Assembly: GCA_000091165.1 (NCBI GenBank)
Contig: FP565575.1
Coordinates: 900,001 to 932,000, forward strand
Direction of reading: 5' to 3'
DNA from: Candidatus Methylomirabilis oxygeniifera
GTDB taxonomy: Bacteria; Methylomirabilota; Methylomirabilia; Methylomirabilales; Methylomirabilaceae
DNA: 32,000 nt
In this document: one piece after another, positions 30,165 to 32,000 of the stretch
Layout of the letters: each line of letters begins with the position of its first letter
Position numbering within the stretch: the stretch's first letter is position 1
Program-made: the position numbers and the translations under genes
The notes under the pieces: generated by a model
Database searches by the model: none
The model's input: the letters and a program-made list of their open reading frames with translations, nothing else
What the model was told of the DNA's origin: nothing

Positions 30165-30524
30165 TCAGGCCGACCGCTTCAGTGGCAGATCCGGCATCTG
30201 TGAGAAGCTGCTTTCAAGGTCGTGGTACAGTGCATAAACCTGAAGGAAGGGATTCCAATCGAATTGCGCCCGAAGTTCATCTTGAAGAGCGTACAGCCTG
30301 AGGGTACCATCCTGCGCCTTGACCTCCTGGCGGATAGCCCCTAGGACGCCCAGCTCCGGGATGCCGAGCTCGTCAAGCCCGGTCAGGTTGATGACGACTT
30401 TCACACCGTGGCGCCGCAGCAACGGCAAGAGGACCCGGTGTAACCGTGCCTCCTCGTTGTCTGCCGCCTTCCCATCAAGCCTGATGATCAGACTCCCTTT
30501 GTGCTCCTTGATCCGGTATCGCAT
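30165..30524 (-). CDS. STAS-domain / anti-sigma-factor-antagonist-like protein
   Basis: Start at ATG 30524 preceded by AAGAGGAG; MRYRIKEHKGSLIIRLDGKAADNEEARLHRVLLPLLRRHGVKVVINLTGLDELGIPELGVLGAIRQEVKAQDGTLRLYAL. Confidence 0.75.
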   Translation of the reverse strand: MRYRIKEHKGSLIIRLDGKAADNEEARLHRVLLPLLRRHGVKVVINLTGLDELGIPELGVLGAIRQEVKAQDGTLRLYALQDELRAQFDWNPFLQVYALYHDLESSFSQMPDLPLKRSA

Positions 30525-30546
30525 ATGCCACTCCTCTTTGTTATGG

Positions 30547-30765
30547 TTACGCCGCCAGTCGTTGCCCGCCCATTGGTCGAATACTGATACGCAGTGCCTG
30601 CTCTTCCCTGTTGTACGAAATTCGTTCGATGGTTCCATCGATGGGGCTCAGTACAAATTGATCATCGAAATATGGAGAGAGGCCTAACAGGTAGCCCCTC
30701 TTTACCTCGCTCTTTGCGACCAGTCGGTTGTAAGAACTCCCATCAACCTTCAACGTAATCAGCAT
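30547..30765 (-). CDS. Hypothetical 72-aa protein, possible barrel-sandwich (biotinyl/lipoyl-like) fold
   Basis: ATG preceded by AAAAAGGAGGATGAC (strong SD); VAKSEVKRGYLLGLSPYFDDQFVLSPIDGTIERISYNREEQALRISIRP; 22-nt gap to the STAS gene. Confidence 0.65.
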   Translation of the reverse strand: MLITLKVDGSSYNRLVAKSEVKRGYLLGLSPYFDDQFVLSPIDGTIERISYNREEQALRISIRPMGGQRLAA

Positions 30766-30802
30766 GTCATCCTCCTTTTTGATGGCATCCTAACCGTGGC
30801 TT

Positions 30803-30831
30803 GTTACAACCATATGAAGGATCGATGACAC
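30803..30831 (-). promoter_or_regulatory. Pho-box-like array upstream of the 72-aa/STAS genes
   Basis: On the minus strand: GTGTCAT-CGAT-CCTTCAT-ATGG-TTGTAAC, exact 11-bp period, 37 nt upstream of the 30765 start. Confidence 0.6.
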
Positions 30832-31005
30832 GGAAGTAAATTCGAGACCTCGGAGTAGCGATCTCAGTGAGAGCGGGAAGAGAAATAGTGTGAGAGCGGA
30901 GCACACCGGGGCAAACCGCAGTATCAGGGGCAGCTATCCCGTGGTGCGGTCCGTTCCGGCTTCCACCGTCCTATACGATTTGCGGAAGAGTCTTAAATAG
31001 AAGAA

Positions 31006-31045
31006 ATGTTACACCACTGCAACATCGCAGTAATCCGGGTGTAAT
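31006..31045 (+). promoter_or_regulatory. Weaker Pho-box-like array upstream of the zinc-ribbon gene
   Basis: ATGTTAC-ACCA-CTGCAAC-ATCG-CAGTAAT-CCGG-GTGTAAT, four degenerate units at exact 11-bp spacing. Confidence 0.35.
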
Positions 31046-31067
31046 TGTGGCCTGTTTTACTTAGGCC

Positions 31068-31364
31068 ATGAGAATCGCTTGTCCGGAAGAGGGGAGAGTA
31101 GAAACACGGGGCGGTGAAGTGATGTGCCCGTCATGCGGTTCAGAAGCCGTCAACAGGTACGGACGGGCATGGACCCAAAAGCAGCGGTTTCGATGCCTGA
31201 TATGCGGAAGACAGTTCACGCTTGGCAATCGAAACACCACACCTGCCAAGAGACCTTACTGCGGTAAGTGCGGTCGACCAATGCATATCTATAAACGGGA
31301 AGCGAATATTATCAGATTCAGGTGTTCCGGGTATCCGGACTGTCGGGGCTTTCACAAACAGTGA
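31068..31364 (+). CDS. Small two-zinc-ribbon protein
   Basis: CPSCGS...FRCLICGRQFTLG (InsA-like ribbon) followed by CGKCGRPMHIYKREANIIRFRCSGYPDCRGFHK (topoisomerase C4-like finger). Start 31068 or 31122. Confidence 0.7.
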   Translation: MRIACPEEGRVETRGGEVMCPSCGSEAVNRYGRAWTQKQRFRCLICGRQFTLGNRNTTPAKRPYCGKCGRPMHIYKREANIIRFRCSGYPDCRGFHKQ

Positions 31365-31379
31365 GCGAGGAGGTGTGAC

Positions 31380-31751
31380 GTGAGTCACTATATCCACGAT
31401 ATACCGGGAAGGCTCAGGGTGAGGACGCCCGTGATCCAGCGCAATCCCCATCTTGCCCAGGAAGTCTACGGGCTGTTGGCGGTGCTTCGCGGAATAGAGA
31501 GCGTGACAGTCAAGGTCGTGACCGGGAGTATCGTGATTCACTATGACCACAAGGTGATCCGGTCGCGAGAGATTATTGCCGCCCTCACCCACGCCGGTTA
31601 TTTTGATCCGAAGAAGGCGATCACCCACGATGACTACCTGCATGACGCATGCGTCAAGACCGGCAAGATCGTGTGGAAGGCCTTCTTTGGGGCTTTTGTA
31701 GATACGGCACTTGAAGGGTCCGCGCTGTCGTTCATCGCAATTCTGATATAG
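31380..31751 (+). CDS. HMA-like (HMA2-type) domain protein
   Basis: 123 aa; HDIPGRLRVRTPVIQRNPHLAQEVYGLLAVLRGIESVTVKVVTGSIVIHYDHKVIRSREIIAALTHAGY; GTG start preceded by GAGGAGGTG. Confidence 0.75.
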   Translation: MSHYIHDIPGRLRVRTPVIQRNPHLAQEVYGLLAVLRGIESVTVKVVTGSIVIHYDHKVIRSREIIAALTHAGYFDPKKAITHDDYLHDACVKTGKIVWKAFFGAFVDTALEGSALSFIAILI

Positions 31752-31800
31752 CAATTCCCCACATTGCCTTCTCCCGTTGCATCGCGCAGCGGTATTCCTA

Positions 31801-32000
31801 TCAGCCTTGCAGGGCACTGACCTTATCGGTGACCTCCCATGGAAGTCCGATGTCCATCCGTCCCACATGTCCATATGCAGCCAACTTCCTGTAAAACCCA
31901 CCTTTGATCAGGGATGGCAGATAGCGCAGGTTGAACTGCCTCATGATCCCAACGATCCGAAAATCGACATGGTTCTCAAGGAGCTGGGCGATCCGGGCGT
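31801..32000 (-). CDS. metK: S-adenosylmethionine synthetase, C-terminal part (runs off window)
   Basis: Not in the track. Reverse strand reads ARIAQLLENHVDFRIVGIMRQFNLRYLPSLIKGGFYRKLAAYGHVGRMDIGLPWEVTDKVSALQG*, matching the MetK C-terminal AAYGHFGR...PWE pattern. Confidence 0.88.
   Translation of the reverse strand, partial: ARIAQLLENHVDFRIVGIMRQFNLRYLPSLIKGGFYRKLAAYGHVGRMDIGLPWEVTDKVSALQG

Noticed and set aside
31140-31901. Minus-strand 253-aa ORF spanning the zinc-ribbon, HMA and metK tail regions
   Set aside because: Overlaps three better-supported genes and its translation shows no domain; metK's real frame on the same strand is different and ends at 31801.
1-32000. CRISPR arrays, phage genes, retrons, BGC-type cassettes, rRNA or tRNA genes
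   Set aside because: Looked for periodic spacer-repeat structure, hallmark proteins and tRNA-like cloverleaf segments while reading; none found. A tRNAscan-SE/Infernal run would be needed for a firm negative.

Overview
This 32 kb window looks like bacterial chromosomal DNA. Gene density is high and there is no rRNA, tRNA or CRISPR that I can see. Supported content, left to right: a polysaccharide deacetylase (minus strand, cut by the window edge) and a GT4 glycosyltransferase; a YdcF/ElyC-like protein, a bactofilin and ClpB; a GrdB-related protein that appears interrupted by an in-frame UGA; an M48 lipoprotein; glyA-nrdR-hemA-hemC-(cobA-hemD fusion); DUF4321 and maf; a repeat-rich intergenic stretch; a DUF4160/DUF2442 pair; ubiX; exbB/tolQ-exbD/tolR; a stand-alone DUF47 (PhoU-like) protein; tatA-tatC; then, on the minus strand, a phosphate cluster: [72-aa protein - STAS protein - OprP-like porin] - pstS - pstC - pstA - pstB - phoU-DUF47 fusion. 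The right end has a two-zinc-ribbon protein, an HMA-like protein and the 3' end of metK. Strongest hunt results: (1) a probable selenoprotein with UGA at 7555-7557, a UxxC motif and a 6-bp SECIS-like hairpin, split into two ORFs in the supplied track; (2) a PhoU-DUF47 fusion next to pstB, with a stand-alone DUF47 paralogue about 2 kb away; (3) three Pho-box-like arrays with exact 11-bp periodicity, upstream of pstS, of the 72-aa/STAS pair, and (weaker) of the zinc-ribbon/HMA genes, suggesting new Pho-regulon members; (4) PstC and PstA with very large extra domains; (5) several foldback repeat elements, one inside the pst gene cluster. All family assignments come from reading motifs; no database search was run.
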